From NCBI RefSeq assembly GCF_033372575.1, contig NZ_CP104094.1:1-32000 (forward strand): a stretch of 32,000 nt of DNA, given 5' to 3'. This DNA is from Candidatus Saccharimonadota bacterium (lineage in GTDB: Bacteria > Bacteroidota > Bacteroidia > Flavobacteriales > Blattabacteriaceae). Within the stretch, counting starts at the first letter, position 1. Every line of letters begins with the position of its first letter. Position numbers and translations under genes: made by a program. The notes beneath the pieces were generated by a model. That model was not told the origin of the DNA. It did not search any database and saw only the letters and a program-made list of their open reading frames with translations. Shown here one piece after another: positions 21,265 through 30,795 of the stretch.

Positions 21265-22026
21265 ATGTTGATAAAAAATAAAGAAGAAATAAAGTTAATA
21301 AAAAAAAGTTCAATATTAACTTCTAAAACATTAGGAATAATGTCAGAATATATAAAACCTGGAGTAAATTTATTAAAATTAGATAAAATAGCTTATGAAT
21401 ATATTAATGATAATGGTGGAAAACCAGCGTTTTTAGGATTATATAATTATCCAAATACTATTTGTACATCTATAAATAATGAAGTAGTTCATGGAATACC
21501 TAGAAATATTAATTTAAAAGAAGGAGATATAATATCTATAGATTGTGGAGTATTAATGAATAAATATTATGGTGAACATGCATATACTTTTGGAGTAGGG
21601 GAAATATCAAAAATAAAAAAAAAATTATTAAAATATACAAAAAAATCATTATATATAGGAATAAAAGAGAGTAAAATTGGAAAAAGAATAGGAGATATAG
21701 GATATAAAATAAATAAATTTATAACTAATAAGGGGTTTAAAGTAGTAAAAGATTTATTTGGACATGGAATAGGCAGAAAAATACATGAATATCCAAATAT
21801 TCCTAATTATGGAAAAAAAAATACAGGGATAAAAATAAAAAATGGAATGGTATTATCAATTGAACCTATAGTTAATCAAGGAACAAGTAAAATAAAATTA
21901 AGTAAAGATAAATGGACTTATTTAACTAAAGATAATTTGTTATCAGCCCATTATGAGCATAATATAGCTATTATAGATAATAAAACAAAAATATTATCAA
22001 CATTTAAATATATAAATAATATATAA
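21265..22026 (+). CDS. map: Type I methionine aminopeptidase
   Basis: 253-aa ORF with metal-ligand blocks (EVVHGIP, GDIISIDCG, GHGIGRKIHE, LSIEP, HYEHNIAI). Confidence 0.95.
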   Translation: MLIKNKEEIKLIKKSSILTSKTLGIMSEYIKPGVNLLKLDKIAYEYINDNGGKPAFLGLYNYPNTICTSINNEVVHGIPRNINLKEGDIISIDCGVLMNKYYGEHAYTFGVGEISKIKKKLLKYTKKSLYIGIKESKIGKRIGDIGYKINKFITNKGFKVVKDLFGHGIGRKIHEYPNIPNYGKKNTGIKIKNGMVLSIEPIVNQGTSKIKLSKDKWTYLTKDNLLSAHYEHNIAIIDNKTKILSTFKYINNI

Positions 22027-22037
22027 TATATAAATAA

Positions 22038-22508
22038 ATGAGAAAAATAAAATTTAAAAAAAGAATTTATAAAAAAGATTATAAATATAATAGTAAATTA
22101 GTAACTTATTTTGTAAATAATTTAATGAGAGATGGAAAAAAAAATTTAGCTTATAAAATATTTTATAATGCGTTAAATATCATAAATAATAAAATAAAAG
22201 ATATAAATCCGTTAATAATATTTAAAAAATCGTTAAAAAATATTGCGCCTAAAAAAATAATAAAAAATAAAAAAATAGGAGGAACTAATTATAATATACC
22301 AATTGAAATTAATAAAAGAAAAAAAATATATTTATCAATTAAATGGTTAATATTATATGCCAAAAAAAGAAAAGAAAAAACAATGTCTGATAAATTAGCT
22401 AATGAAATAATAGCCGCTTATAATGGAATAGGAGAGGCAATAAAAAAAAGAAATAATATATATAAATTAGCAGAATCTAATAAAGCATTTAAAAATATTA
22501 ATATATAA
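22038..22508 (+). CDS. rpsG: 30S ribosomal protein S7
   Basis: 156-aa ORF with an S7-like N-terminus (KYNSKLVTYFVNNLMRDGKKNLAYKIFYNAL). Immediately upstream of fusA. Confidence 0.9.
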   Translation: MRKIKFKKRIYKKDYKYNSKLVTYFVNNLMRDGKKNLAYKIFYNALNIINNKIKDINPLIIFKKSLKNIAPKKIIKNKKIGGTNYNIPIEINKRKKIYLSIKWLILYAKKRKEKTMSDKLANEIIAAYNGIGEAIKKRNNIYKLAESNKAFKNINI

Positions 22509-22517
22509 AATAAAAAT

Positions 22518-24602
22518 ATGAATAAAAATAAATTAAAATATACTAGAAATATAGGAATAGTAGCGCATATTGATGCAGGAAAAACAACAACAACAGAAAG
22601 AATATTATATTATACAGGAAGAAGTCATAAAATAGGAGAGGTACATGAAGGAAATACAACAATGGATTGGATGGAACAAGAGCAAGAAAGAGGGATAACA
22701 ATAACATCTGCAGCAACTAGATGTATATGGAAATATAATAAAAAAGATTATTATATAAATATAATAGATACTCCTGGTCATGTAGATTTTACAGTAGAAG
22801 TAGAAAGATCATTAAGAGTATTAGATGGAATGGTAGTATTATTTAGTTCAGTAGAAGGAGTAGAACCACAATCAGAAACAGTTTGGAAACAAGCAAATAA
22901 ATATAAAATACCAAGAATAGGGTATGTAAATAAAATGGATAGAAAAGGTTCTAATTACTTAAAAGTTTGTAAAGATGTAAAAAAAAAATTAAAATGTAAT
23001 ACGATTATATTACAATTGCCATTAGAAAAAGAGGGAAAATTTATAGGTATTATAGATATAATATTAGAAAAATATATAATATGGGAGAATAAAAATTATG
23101 GAATGAAATATAATATAAAAGATATACCAGAGAATGAAATAGAAAAAATAAAAAAATATAAAAAAAAAATATTAGAGAATTTATCTGAATACGATGAAGA
23201 AATAATGAATAATTATTTAGAAGGAAAAAAAATTAAAAAAAAAAAAATAATATCTATAATAAAAAAAGAAACATGTAAAATGAATTTAATACCTATGTTA
23301 TGTGGTTCTTCATTTAAAAATAAAGGAGTACAAAAAATGTTAGATGCAATATGTATGTATTTACCTTCTCCTTTAAAATCAAAAAAAATAATAGGAATAG
23401 AAAAAATAAATAAAAAAAAATGTATTGTTAAACCAAATTATAAATATCCTTATTGTTCATTAGTATTTAAAATATCTACTAATAAATATTATGGTAAATT
23501 AGTATTTATTAGAGTATATTCAGGAAGTTTAAAAGTTGGTGATTATGTATTAAACTCAAGAACTAATAAAACCGAAAGAATATCCAGAATGTATCAAATG
23601 CATGCAAATAAACAAATTCCTATAAATAAAATATGTGCAGGAGATATATTTGCAGGAGTAGGATTAAAAGATATAAAAACAGGAGATACATTATGTGATG
23701 AAAATAATCCAATAATATTAGAAAAAATATTATTTCCTAAACCAGTTATGGGAATAGCGATAGAAACAAAAATAAAATCTGAAATAGAAAAATTAAATTT
23801 AGCTTTATCTAAAATGGAAGAAGAAGATCCAACATTTAAAGTAAAAATGGATAATAAAACAGGACAAATAATAATTTATGGAATGGGAGAATTACATTTA
23901 GATATTATAATAGATAGAATAAAAAGAGAATTTAATTTAGATATTAATAAAGGTAAACCAAAAGTAGAATATAAAGAAAAAATAACTAAAAAAATTACTC
24001 ATAGAGAAATATATAAAAAACAGACAGGTGGAAGAGGAAAATTTGCAGAAATTTTATTTACTATAGGACCATATAAAAAAAAAGGATTAAAATTTATAAA
24101 TAAAGTAAAAGGAGGGAATATTCCAAAGGAATATATAAGTTCAATAGAAAAAGGATTTAAATATTCTATGCAAATAGGGCCATTATTAGGATATGAAATA
24201 GATTCAATGGAAATAGTATTATTAGATGGATCTTATCATTCAGTAGATTCAGATTCTTTATCATTTGAAATAGTAGCTAAAAATGGGTATAGAAATTCAT
24301 CAAAAAAAACTAAACCAATAATAATGGAACCTATAATGAAATTAGTAATTAATTGTCAAAATGAAAATATGGGTAATATAGTGAGTGATATAAATAAAAG
24401 AAGAGGAATAATAAAAAATATAATAGATAATAAAAATAATGAAAAAATAATTAATGCTTTAGTACCTTTATCAGAAATGTTTGGGTATGTGACAATATTA
24501 AGATCATTATCATCAGGTAGAGCATATTCAAATATGATATTTTCACATTATGAAGAAGTACCAAAAAATATTTTAAATAAAATAATAGATAATAAATTAT
24601 AA
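22518..24602 (+). CDS. fusA: Elongation factor G
   Basis: 694-aa ORF. AHIDAGKTTTTERILYYTG, DTPGHVDFT, NKMDR, and full-length EF-G architecture. Confidence 0.98.
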   Translation: MNKNKLKYTRNIGIVAHIDAGKTTTTERILYYTGRSHKIGEVHEGNTTMDWMEQEQERGITITSAATRCIWKYNKKDYYINIIDTPGHVDFTVEVERSLRVLDGMVVLFSSVEGVEPQSETVWKQANKYKIPRIGYVNKMDRKGSNYLKVCKDVKKKLKCNTIILQLPLEKEGKFIGIIDIILEKYIIWENKNYGMKYNIKDIPENEIEKIKKYKKKILENLSEYDEEIMNNYLEGKKIKKKKIISIIKKETCKMNLIPMLCGSSFKNKGVQKMLDAICMYLPSPLKSKKIIGIEKINKKKCIVKPNYKYPYCSLVFKISTNKYYGKLVFIRVYSGSLKVGDYVLNSRTNKTERISRMYQMHANKQIPINKICAGDIFAGVGLKDIKTGDTLCDENNPIILEKILFPKPVMGIAIETKIKSEIEKLNLALSKMEEEDPTFKVKMDNKTGQIIIYGMGELHLDIIIDRIKREFNLDINKGKPKVEYKEKITKKITHREIYKKQTGGRGKFAEILFTIGPYKKKGLKFINKVKGGNIPKEYISSIEKGFKYSMQIGPLLGYEIDSMEIVLLDGSYHSVDSDSLSFEIVAKNGYRNSSKKTKPIIMEPIMKLVINCQNENMGNIVSDINKRRGIIKNIIDNKNNEKIINALVPLSEMFGYVTILRSLSSGRAYSNMIFSHYEEVPKNILNKIIDNKL

Positions 24603-24689
24603 TATATAATATGATAATTAAATATTACTATATATCATACGAGTTAAAAAAAATAAAAGAAAATACGAATATAAAAAAAAAGTAAGTAA

Positions 24690-25307
24690 ATGATAGGTTT
24701 AATAGGAAAAAAAATAAAAATGATAAATGTATTTAGAAAAGGTAAAATATATACATGTACAGTAATAAAAACAGAAAAAGGATTTATTATAAAAAAAAGT
24801 AATAATAAAATATTATTAGGGTATATAAAAGTAAAAAAAGTAAATAAACCATTAATGGGAATATTTAAAAAATATAATAGTAAATATTATAAAAAAATTA
24901 TAGAATTTAATAGATTAACAGAGAATGAAATAAAATATATAAAAAATAAAAAAAAAATTGATTTAGAGATATTTAATATAGGAGAAAAAATAGATATAAC
25001 AGGATATTCTTTAGGAAAAGGTTTTCAAGGAGTAGTTAAAAGACATAAATTTTCAGGAGTTGGATCAAAAACACATGGACAACATAATAGATTAAGAGCA
25101 CCAGGATCTATAGGAGCAGGAACTTATCCAGCTAAAGTAATAAAAGGATTGAAAATGGCAGGAAGAATGGGAAATAAAAAAGTAACCGTTAAAAAAATAA
25201 AAATATTATTAATAAAAAAAAATATTTTATTAGTAAAAGGATCAGTACCAGGAAAAAATAATAAATATTTAATAATAAAAAAAAAATATGGAAAATTTAA
25301 TAAATAA
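24690..25307 (+). CDS. rplC: 50S ribosomal protein L3
   Basis: 205-aa ORF. GLIGKKIKM N-terminus and GKGFQGVVKRHKFSGVGSKTHGQHNRLRAPGSIGA block. Confidence 0.92.
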   Translation: MIGLIGKKIKMINVFRKGKIYTCTVIKTEKGFIIKKSNNKILLGYIKVKKVNKPLMGIFKKYNSKYYKKIIEFNRLTENEIKYIKNKKKIDLEIFNIGEKIDITGYSLGKGFQGVVKRHKFSGVGSKTHGQHNRLRAPGSIGAGTYPAKVIKGLKMAGRMGNKKVTVKKIKILLIKKNILLVKGSVPGKNNKYLIIKKKYGKFNK

Positions 25308-25920
25308 TAATAAGATAAAAAAAAATATAAATATAATAAATAAATATAATATGTTCAAAAATAAAGAACATATAATTTATTTATATGTAAAAAAATATCT
25401 TAATTCAAAAAGAAAAAATACAAGTAAAACAAAAGAAAGAAGTGAAATAAAAGGAAGTACTAGAAAATTACAAAAGCAAAAAGGAACAGGAAAGGCAAGA
25501 AAAGGAGATATAAAAAATCCTATATTTAGAGGAGGAGGAAGAATATTTGGACCAAAAAATAATAGAAATTATAAAAATAAAATAAATAAAAAGGTTTATA
25601 AAATAGTGAAAAAAATTTTATTATGTAATAAAATAATTAATAAAAAAGTATTTAGATTAAAAAAAATAAAATTTTATTCACATAAAACTAAATATTTTAT
25701 TAATTATTTTAAAAAATTAAAAATAAAAATAAATAATAAAAAAAAATATTTAATAATAACAGATAAAAAATATAAAAACTTACTAATATCATCAAAAAAT
25801 ATTAAAACTGTTACAATTAATAATATAAAACAAATTAATATATATAAAATATTAATATCAGATTATATAATATTTATAAATAAAAAAATAAAAAATATAA
25901 TTAATATAATAAAATTATGA
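25288..25920 (+). CDS. rplD: 50S ribosomal protein L4
   Basis: 210-aa ORF with the GSTRKLQKQKGTGKARKGDIKNPIFRGGGRIFGPK block. The start is uncertain: the 25288 ATG overlaps rplC by 20 nt, and an internal ATG at 25351 is possible. Confidence 0.85.
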   Translation: MENLINNNKIKKNINIINKYNMFKNKEHIIYLYVKKYLNSKRKNTSKTKERSEIKGSTRKLQKQKGTGKARKGDIKNPIFRGGGRIFGPKNNRNYKNKINKKVYKIVKKILLCNKIINKKVFRLKKIKFYSHKTKYFINYFKKLKIKINNKKKYLIITDKKYKNLLISSKNIKTVTINNIKQINIYKILISDYIIFINKKIKNIINIIKL

Positions 25921-26234
25921 AATTATTAATAAGGCCTTTAAAAACTTATAAGTCAATTAAATTATATAAAAAATATAATTTATATAGTTATTATTTAAAT
26001 AATAAAAATATTAATAAAATACAATTAAAAAAATATTTTAAAATAAATTATAGTTTAATAGTAAAAAAAATAAATATTATTAAAATAAAAAAAAAAAATA
26101 AAATAATTAGAAAAATAATAGTAAAATATTTTAATAATAAAAAAAAAATTAAATTATTGAATAATAATGAAAATAATAAAAAAAAAATTAAATTATTGAT
26201 TAATAATGAAAATAATAAAAAAAAAGAGATTTAA
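25917..26234 (+). CDS. rplW: 50S ribosomal protein L23 (highly diverged)
   Basis: 105-aa ORF in the L23 slot between rplD and rplB. N-terminal LIRPLKTYKS resembles the L23 I.KP..TEK pattern. The C-terminus contains a 13-codon tandem duplication. Confidence 0.65.
   Translation: MKLLIRPLKTYKSIKLYKKYNLYSYYLNNKNINKIQLKKYFKINYSLIVKKINIIKIKKKNKIIRKIIVKYFNNKKKIKLLNNNENNKKKIKLLINNENNKKKEI
26133..26225. repeat. 39-bp tandem duplication (1 mismatch) plus a partial third copy at the rplW/rplB junction
   Basis: Copy 1 at 26133-26171 and copy 2 at 26172-26210 differ at one base. A third partial copy begins at 26211. Each copy carries ATGAAAATAATAAAAAAAAA, which is the rplB start context. Confidence 0.9.
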
Positions 26235-26964
26235 GTACAATAAATTAATATATGGAAAATTAAAATCAGGAGGTAGAAATAATCAAGGTAGAATAACGGT
26301 AAGATATATAGGAGGAGGCCATAAAAAAAAATATAGATTAATAGATTTTAAAAGAAATAAATATGATGTAATAGCAACAGTTAAAAAAAAAGAATATGAT
26401 CCTAATAGATCATCATATATATCATTATTGTATTATAAAGATGGAGAAAAAAAATATATTTTATCAGTAAAAGGATTAAAAATAGGAGATAGAATAATAT
26501 CATCAAAAAAAAAATCATCATTAAATATAGGAGATTCAACTACATTAGATTTAATTCCTTTAGGAACTATAATATGTTGTGTAGAAAATATACCAGGAAA
26601 TGGAGCTATATATTCAAGAAGTGCAGGAACATATTCAAAATTAATATCAAAGGATAAAAAATATGCAATTATAAAATTATCATCAAATGAAAAAAAAATG
26701 GTATTATTAAAGAGTATGGCAACAATAGGAAGTATATCAAATAAAAATCATAAATTTAAAAAATTAAAAAAAGCAGGAAATAATAGATGGTTAGGAAAAA
26801 GACCAAGAACAAGAGGAGTAGCAATGAATCCTATTGATCATCCGATGGGTGGGGGTGAAGGTAAAGCATCAGGAGGACATCCAAAAAGTAGAAAAGGAAT
26901 TTACGCAAAAGGATTTAAAACACGTAAAAAAAATAAAAAATATTCAAAATATATTTTAAAATAA
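26206..26964 (+). CDS. rplB: 50S ribosomal protein L2
   Basis: 252-aa ORF. GGRNNQGRITVRYIGGGHKKKYRLIDFKR, GNGAIYSRSAGTY, PRTRGVAMNPIDHPMGGGEGK. The N-terminus is about 20 aa shorter than typical L2. Confidence 0.96.
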   Translation: MKIIKKKRFKYNKLIYGKLKSGGRNNQGRITVRYIGGGHKKKYRLIDFKRNKYDVIATVKKKEYDPNRSSYISLLYYKDGEKKYILSVKGLKIGDRIISSKKKSSLNIGDSTTLDLIPLGTIICCVENIPGNGAIYSRSAGTYSKLISKDKKYAIIKLSSNEKKMVLLKSMATIGSISNKNHKFKKLKKAGNNRWLGKRPRTRGVAMNPIDHPMGGGEGKASGGHPKSRKGIYAKGFKTRKKNKKYSKYILK

Positions 26965-26970
26965 AAAAAA

Positions 26971-27252
26971 ATGCCTAGATCATTAAAAAAAGGACCATAT
27001 ATAGATTATAAATTATTAAAAAAAATAAAAATAAATAATTTAGAAAGAAAAAATAAAAAATCTATAAAAACTTGGTCAAGATCATCAGTAATAATACCAG
27101 AATTCATAGGAAACACAATATTAGTACATAATGGTAAAAAATTTATTTCAGTATTTATTACCGAAGAAATGGTAGGTTATAAATTAGGAGAATTTGCACC
27201 AACTAGAAATTTTAAAGGTCATTCAGGAAAAAAAGAAAAAAATAAAAAATAA
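26971..27252 (+). CDS. rpsS: 30S ribosomal protein S19
   Basis: 93-aa [47 protein letters not shown]. Confidence 0.96.
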   Translation: MPRSLKKGPYIDYKLLKKIKINNLERKNKKSIKTWSRSSVIIPEFIGNTILVHNGKKFISVFITEEMVGYKLGEFAPTRNFKGHSGKKEKNKK

Positions 27253-27261
27253 TAATAAAAA

Positions 27262-27678
27262 ATGGGAAAAAGAAAAAGAAATACAGCGTTAAAAATAAAA
27301 AAAAAAAATAAAACAAAATTTTATTCTTATATAAAAAATGTAAGAATATCTCCAAGAAAAATAAGAAATTTAATAAATTTAATAAAAGGTAAAAAGGTTT
27401 TAACAGCAATTGAAATTTTAAAAAATTATATAAGTTATAAAAAATCAAAAATATTAATAAATTTAATATTATCAACAATATCAAATTATAAAATAAAAAC
27501 AGGAAAAAAGGATATAAAAAATTTATATATTTATAGTTTAATAGTTAATAGTTCAGGAATAATAAAAAGAGTAAAATATGCCCCACAAGGAAGGATAAAT
27601 GAAATAAGAAAAAGATTAAGTATAATAAAATTAGAAATAAAAAATAAAAATGGGACAAAAATCAAATCCAATATCTAA
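27262..27678 (+). CDS. rplV: 50S ribosomal protein L22
   Basis: 138-aa ORF with the ISPRKIRNLINLIKGKKV block. In the L22 slot. The tail overlaps rpsC by 29 nt. Confidence 0.85.
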   Translation: MGKRKRNTALKIKKKNKTKFYSYIKNVRISPRKIRNLINLIKGKKVLTAIEILKNYISYKKSKILINLILSTISNYKIKTGKKDIKNLYIYSLIVNSSGIIKRVKYAPQGRINEIRKRLSIIKLEIKNKNGTKIKSNI

Positions 27679-28408
27679 TAGATTAGGAATAATTTATGGA
27701 TGGAAATCAATATGGATAAAAAATTATTATTTAAATGTAAATGAAGATAATAGGATAAGAAAATATATAAATAATAGATATAAATATTGTATATCGACAA
27801 TAATAATAGAAAAAATGAATAATAGAGTAGTAATAACTATATGTACATCTAAACCTGCAATAGTAATAGGAAAAAAAGGAAAAGAAGTAGATAAGTTAAA
27901 AAAAGAAATAAATAATATAATAAAGAAAAAAGAATATTTATATTATAAAAAAAAAGAAAAAATAACTAAGAGATTTGTTTATATTAATGTAGTAGATGTA
28001 AAATATCCTGAAATAGATTCAATATTAGTATCTAAAAATATATGTAGACAAGTAGAAAGTAGAATATCTTATAAAAAATCTATTAAATATGCAATAAAAT
28101 CAGCAATGAAAAAAAAAATAAAGGGAATAAAAATAAAAATATCAGGGAGATTAAATGGATCAGAAATAGCTAGAACAGAAGTATATAAAGAAGGAAGTAT
28201 AAAATTGTCAACAATAAGATCAAATATTGATTATTCATTATCAGAAGCCAATACTAAATATGGAAAAATAGGAGTTAAAGTCTGGATAATGAAAGGAGAA
28301 ATATATGAAATGAAAAAATATTTCACTAATTATAATAAAGAATTAAAATATAAGTCAAAAAAAAAAAAAATAATAAGAGTAGGAAAAACATATAAAAAAG
28401 AGGAATAA
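27650..28408 (+). CDS. rpsC: 30S ribosomal protein S3
   Basis: 252-aa ORF with the canonical N-terminus MGQKSNPISNRLGII.GW.S.W, a KH domain block and GRLNGSEIAR. Confidence 0.96.
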   Translation: MGQKSNPISNRLGIIYGWKSIWIKNYYLNVNEDNRIRKYINNRYKYCISTIIIEKMNNRVVITICTSKPAIVIGKKGKEVDKLKKEINNIIKKKEYLYYKKKEKITKRFVYINVVDVKYPEIDSILVSKNICRQVESRISYKKSIKYAIKSAMKKKIKGIKIKISGRLNGSEIARTEVYKEGSIKLSTIRSNIDYSLSEANTKYGKIGVKVWIMKGEIYEMKKYFTNYNKELKYKSKKKKIIRVGKTYKKEE

Positions 28409-28413
28409 TAATT

Positions 28414-29013
28414 ATGTATATACCAAGAATAAAATTATTATATGAAAAAAAAGTAATTAATAATTTAAAAAAAAAATTAAAATATAAAAATATAATGCAA
28501 GTACCTAAATTAAAAAAAATTGTAATTAATATAGGGGTAGGGGTAAGAAATAAAAATAATATAGTAGATACTATGGAAGATTTATCATTATTAACAGGTC
28601 AAAAATCAACTTATAGATTATCAAAAAAAGATATATCAGGATTAAAATTAAGAAAAGGAACAAAAATAGGATGTATGGTAACATTAAGAAGAAATATAAT
28701 GTATGAATTTTTAGAAAGATTAATTTCAGTAGCATTACCAAGATCAAAAGATTTTAATGGAATAAAAGAAAATAGTTTTGATGGAAAAGGAAATTATAAT
28801 TTAGGTATAAAAGAACATATAATATTTCCAGAAATTAATTTTGAAAAAGTAAAAAGAATTTATGGAATGAATATAAGTTTTGTAACAAGTACAAAAGATG
28901 ATAATTCAGCTAAAGAATTATTAATAAATTTAGGATTACCATTTAAAAATAATAATATATATGGAGGAAGATGCAAAAGAATTATAAAAAGAAAAAAAAA
29001 TAAAAAAAAATAG
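28414..29013 (+). CDS. rplE: 50S ribosomal protein L5
   Basis: 199-aa ORF. MQVPKLKKIVINIGVG, LLTGQK, GNYNLGIKEHIIFPEI. It has a C-terminal K-rich extension of about 15-20 aa. Confidence 0.93.
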   Translation: MYIPRIKLLYEKKVINNLKKKLKYKNIMQVPKLKKIVINIGVGVRNKNNIVDTMEDLSLLTGQKSTYRLSKKDISGLKLRKGTKIGCMVTLRRNIMYEFLERLISVALPRSKDFNGIKENSFDGKGNYNLGIKEHIIFPEINFEKVKRIYGMNISFVTSTKDDNSAKELLINLGLPFKNNNIYGGRCKRIIKRKKNKKK

Positions 29014-29016
29014 GAA

Positions 29017-29400
29017 ATGGATACTATCGGAAATTATTTAACATTAATAAGAAATGCATGTAATGTTAAAAAAAAATATGTAAAAGTAAATTATTCAAAA
29101 ATAAATAAAAATATAACTAAAGTATTATATAATAATAATTATATAAAAAAATATAAAATATATAAAAATAAAATTAAGAAAATAAAAATATATTTAAAAT
29201 ATATAAATAATAATTCAGTAATAAGAAAAATAAAAAGAATAAGTAAACCAAGTTTAAGAAAATATTTAAAATATAAAAATATTTATAAAGTATTAAATGG
29301 ATATGGAATATCAATAATATCTACTTCAAGTGGAGTAATGACAGGAAAAGAAGCAAAAATTAAAAAAATAGGAGGAGAAATATTATGTATAATATATTAA
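29017..29400 (+). CDS. rpsH: 30S ribosomal protein S8
   Basis: 127-aa ORF. DTIGNYLTLIRNA N-terminus and GYGISIISTSSGVMTGKEAKIKKIGGEILC C-terminus. Confidence 0.92.
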   Translation: MDTIGNYLTLIRNACNVKKKYVKVNYSKINKNITKVLYNNNYIKKYKIYKNKIKKIKIYLKYINNNSVIRKIKRISKPSLRKYLKYKNIYKVLNGYGISIISTSSGVMTGKEAKIKKIGGEILCIIY

Positions 29401-29413
29401 ATAAAATAATAAT

Positions 29414-29968
29414 ATGTCAAGAATAGGAAAAAAATATATAATTATTCCTAATAATGTAAATATATATAAAAAAGATAAATATATATATGTAAAAGGAAAA
29501 TTAGGCAATTTAAAACAAAAAATAAATAATAATATAATAATAAAAATATTAGAAGATAAAATATATTTAATAAATAAAAAAAAAAATATTAAAAAATATA
29601 AAAGTTTACATGGACTTTATAGAATGTTAATATATAATATGATAAAAGGAGTAAATAAAGGATATAATAAAAAATTAAAATTAGTAGGAGTAGGATATAA
29701 TGCAATAGGAAATGGGCAAATATTAAATTTAAATGTAGGATATTCACATAAAATAGTAATGAAATTTTGTAAAGAAATAAATATAACAACAGAAAAGGAA
29801 ATAGGAGATAATAATAATATAATAATAAATATTTTTTGTATTAATAAACAATTATTAGGAATAGTAGCATCAAAAATAAGATCTTTAAAAAAACCTGAAC
29901 CATATAAAGGAAAAGGTATAAGATATATAAATGAAAAAATAATAATTAAAAAAGGAAAATCAGTATAA
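29414..29968 (+). CDS. rplF: 50S ribosomal protein L6
   Basis: 184-aa ORF. MSRIGKK.I.IP N-terminus, L.LVGVGY block, PEPYKGKGIRY C-terminus. Confidence 0.92.
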   Translation: MSRIGKKYIIIPNNVNIYKKDKYIYVKGKLGNLKQKINNNIIIKILEDKIYLINKKKNIKKYKSLHGLYRMLIYNMIKGVNKGYNKKLKLVGVGYNAIGNGQILNLNVGYSHKIVMKFCKEINITTEKEIGDNNNIIINIFCINKQLLGIVASKIRSLKKPEPYKGKGIRYINEKIIIKKGKSV

Positions 29969-29978
29969 TAATATAATA

Positions 29979-30299
29979 ATGAAAGGTAATAATAGAAATA
30001 TAAGAAATATGAATATACCAAGATTATCAGTATTTAGAAGTAATAAAGAAATATATGTTCAAATAATAGATGATATTAATCAAATTACACTAATATCATA
30101 TTCTTCAATAATAGAAAAAAAAAAAAATAATAAAAAAATGACTAAATCAGAAATGTCAAATATAGTAGGAAAAAAAATAGCTGAAAAAATGTTAAAATTA
30201 AAGATTAAAAAAATATTTGTAGATATAAAAAAATATAGATATAAAGGAAGAATAAAAATTTTAATAGAAGCAATTAGAAAAAATGGAATAAAAATATAA
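29979..30299 (+). CDS. rplR: 50S ribosomal protein L18
   Basis: 106-aa ORF. PRLSVFRSNKEIYVQIIDD and the Y.GRIK.L....R..G C-terminal pattern. Confidence 0.87.
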   Translation: MKGNNRNIRNMNIPRLSVFRSNKEIYVQIIDDINQITLISYSSIIEKKKNNKKMTKSEMSNIVGKKIAEKMLKLKIKKIFVDIKKYRYKGRIKILIEAIRKNGIKI

Positions 30300-30306
30300 A
30301 AAAAAA

Positions 30307-30795
30307 ATGATAAAAATAAAAGATATTAAAGAAAAGATAGTTAAAATAAAAAGAGTATGTAAAGTTACAAAAGGAAGAAGAGATTTTAGTTTTACTTGTA
30401 TAATAGTAAAAGGTAATTATAATGGAATAGTAGGTTATGGAATGGGAAAAGCAAAAGAAATTCCAAATTCTATATATAAAGCTGAAGTAAAAGCTAATAA
30501 AAATTTAATAAAAATTCCAATAGTAAATGAAACTATTCCTCATGAACAAAGTTATAAATATTGTAGTTCAAAAATATTATTATATCCAGCTTATAAAGGA
30601 ACTGGAGTAATTGCAGGAGGATCTGCAAGAATAGTATTAGAATTAGCAGGAATAAAAAATGTATACGCAAAATTTATAGGCTCTTCTAATGTATATAATT
30701 GTGTAAAAGCAACTTATAATGCATTAAAAGAAATAAAAGAAAATTATTATTTAAAATTAAAAATTAATGAAAATATCAAAAAACAAAAAAAATGA
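30307..30795 (+). CDS. rpsE: 30S ribosomal protein S5
   Basis: 162-aa ORF. V.I.RV.KVTKGRRDFSF...IVKGN.NGIVGYGMGKAKE and GTGVIAGG..R..LELAGI. Confidence 0.94.
   Translation: MIKIKDIKEKIVKIKRVCKVTKGRRDFSFTCIIVKGNYNGIVGYGMGKAKEIPNSIYKAEVKANKNLIKIPIVNETIPHEQSYKYCSSKILLYPAYKGTGVIAGGSARIVLELAGIKNVYAKFIGSSNVYNCVKATYNALKEIKENYYLKLKINENIKKQKK

Noticed and set aside
24611-24685. 24-codon ORF (MIIKYYYISYELKKIKENTNIKKK) in the fusA-rplC spacer as a relic of rpsJ (S10)
   Set aside because: Resemblance to the S10 N-terminus (..IRIKLKSYD..) is limited to a few residues. I cannot distinguish it from chance in this composition without an alignment to relatives.
28948-29013. K-rich C-terminal extension of L5 (..NIYGGRCKRIIKRKKNKKK), or the out-of-frame GGAGGA + ATG mini-ORF at 28963-29003, as a fused remnant of rpsN (S14, which has an RCK..GRP motif)
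   Set aside because: Only a three-residue match supports it. K-rich tails are common on proteins in this window. Bacteroidota generally do not rely on Shine-Dalgarno sites, so the GGAGGA is better explained as Gly-Gly codons of L5.
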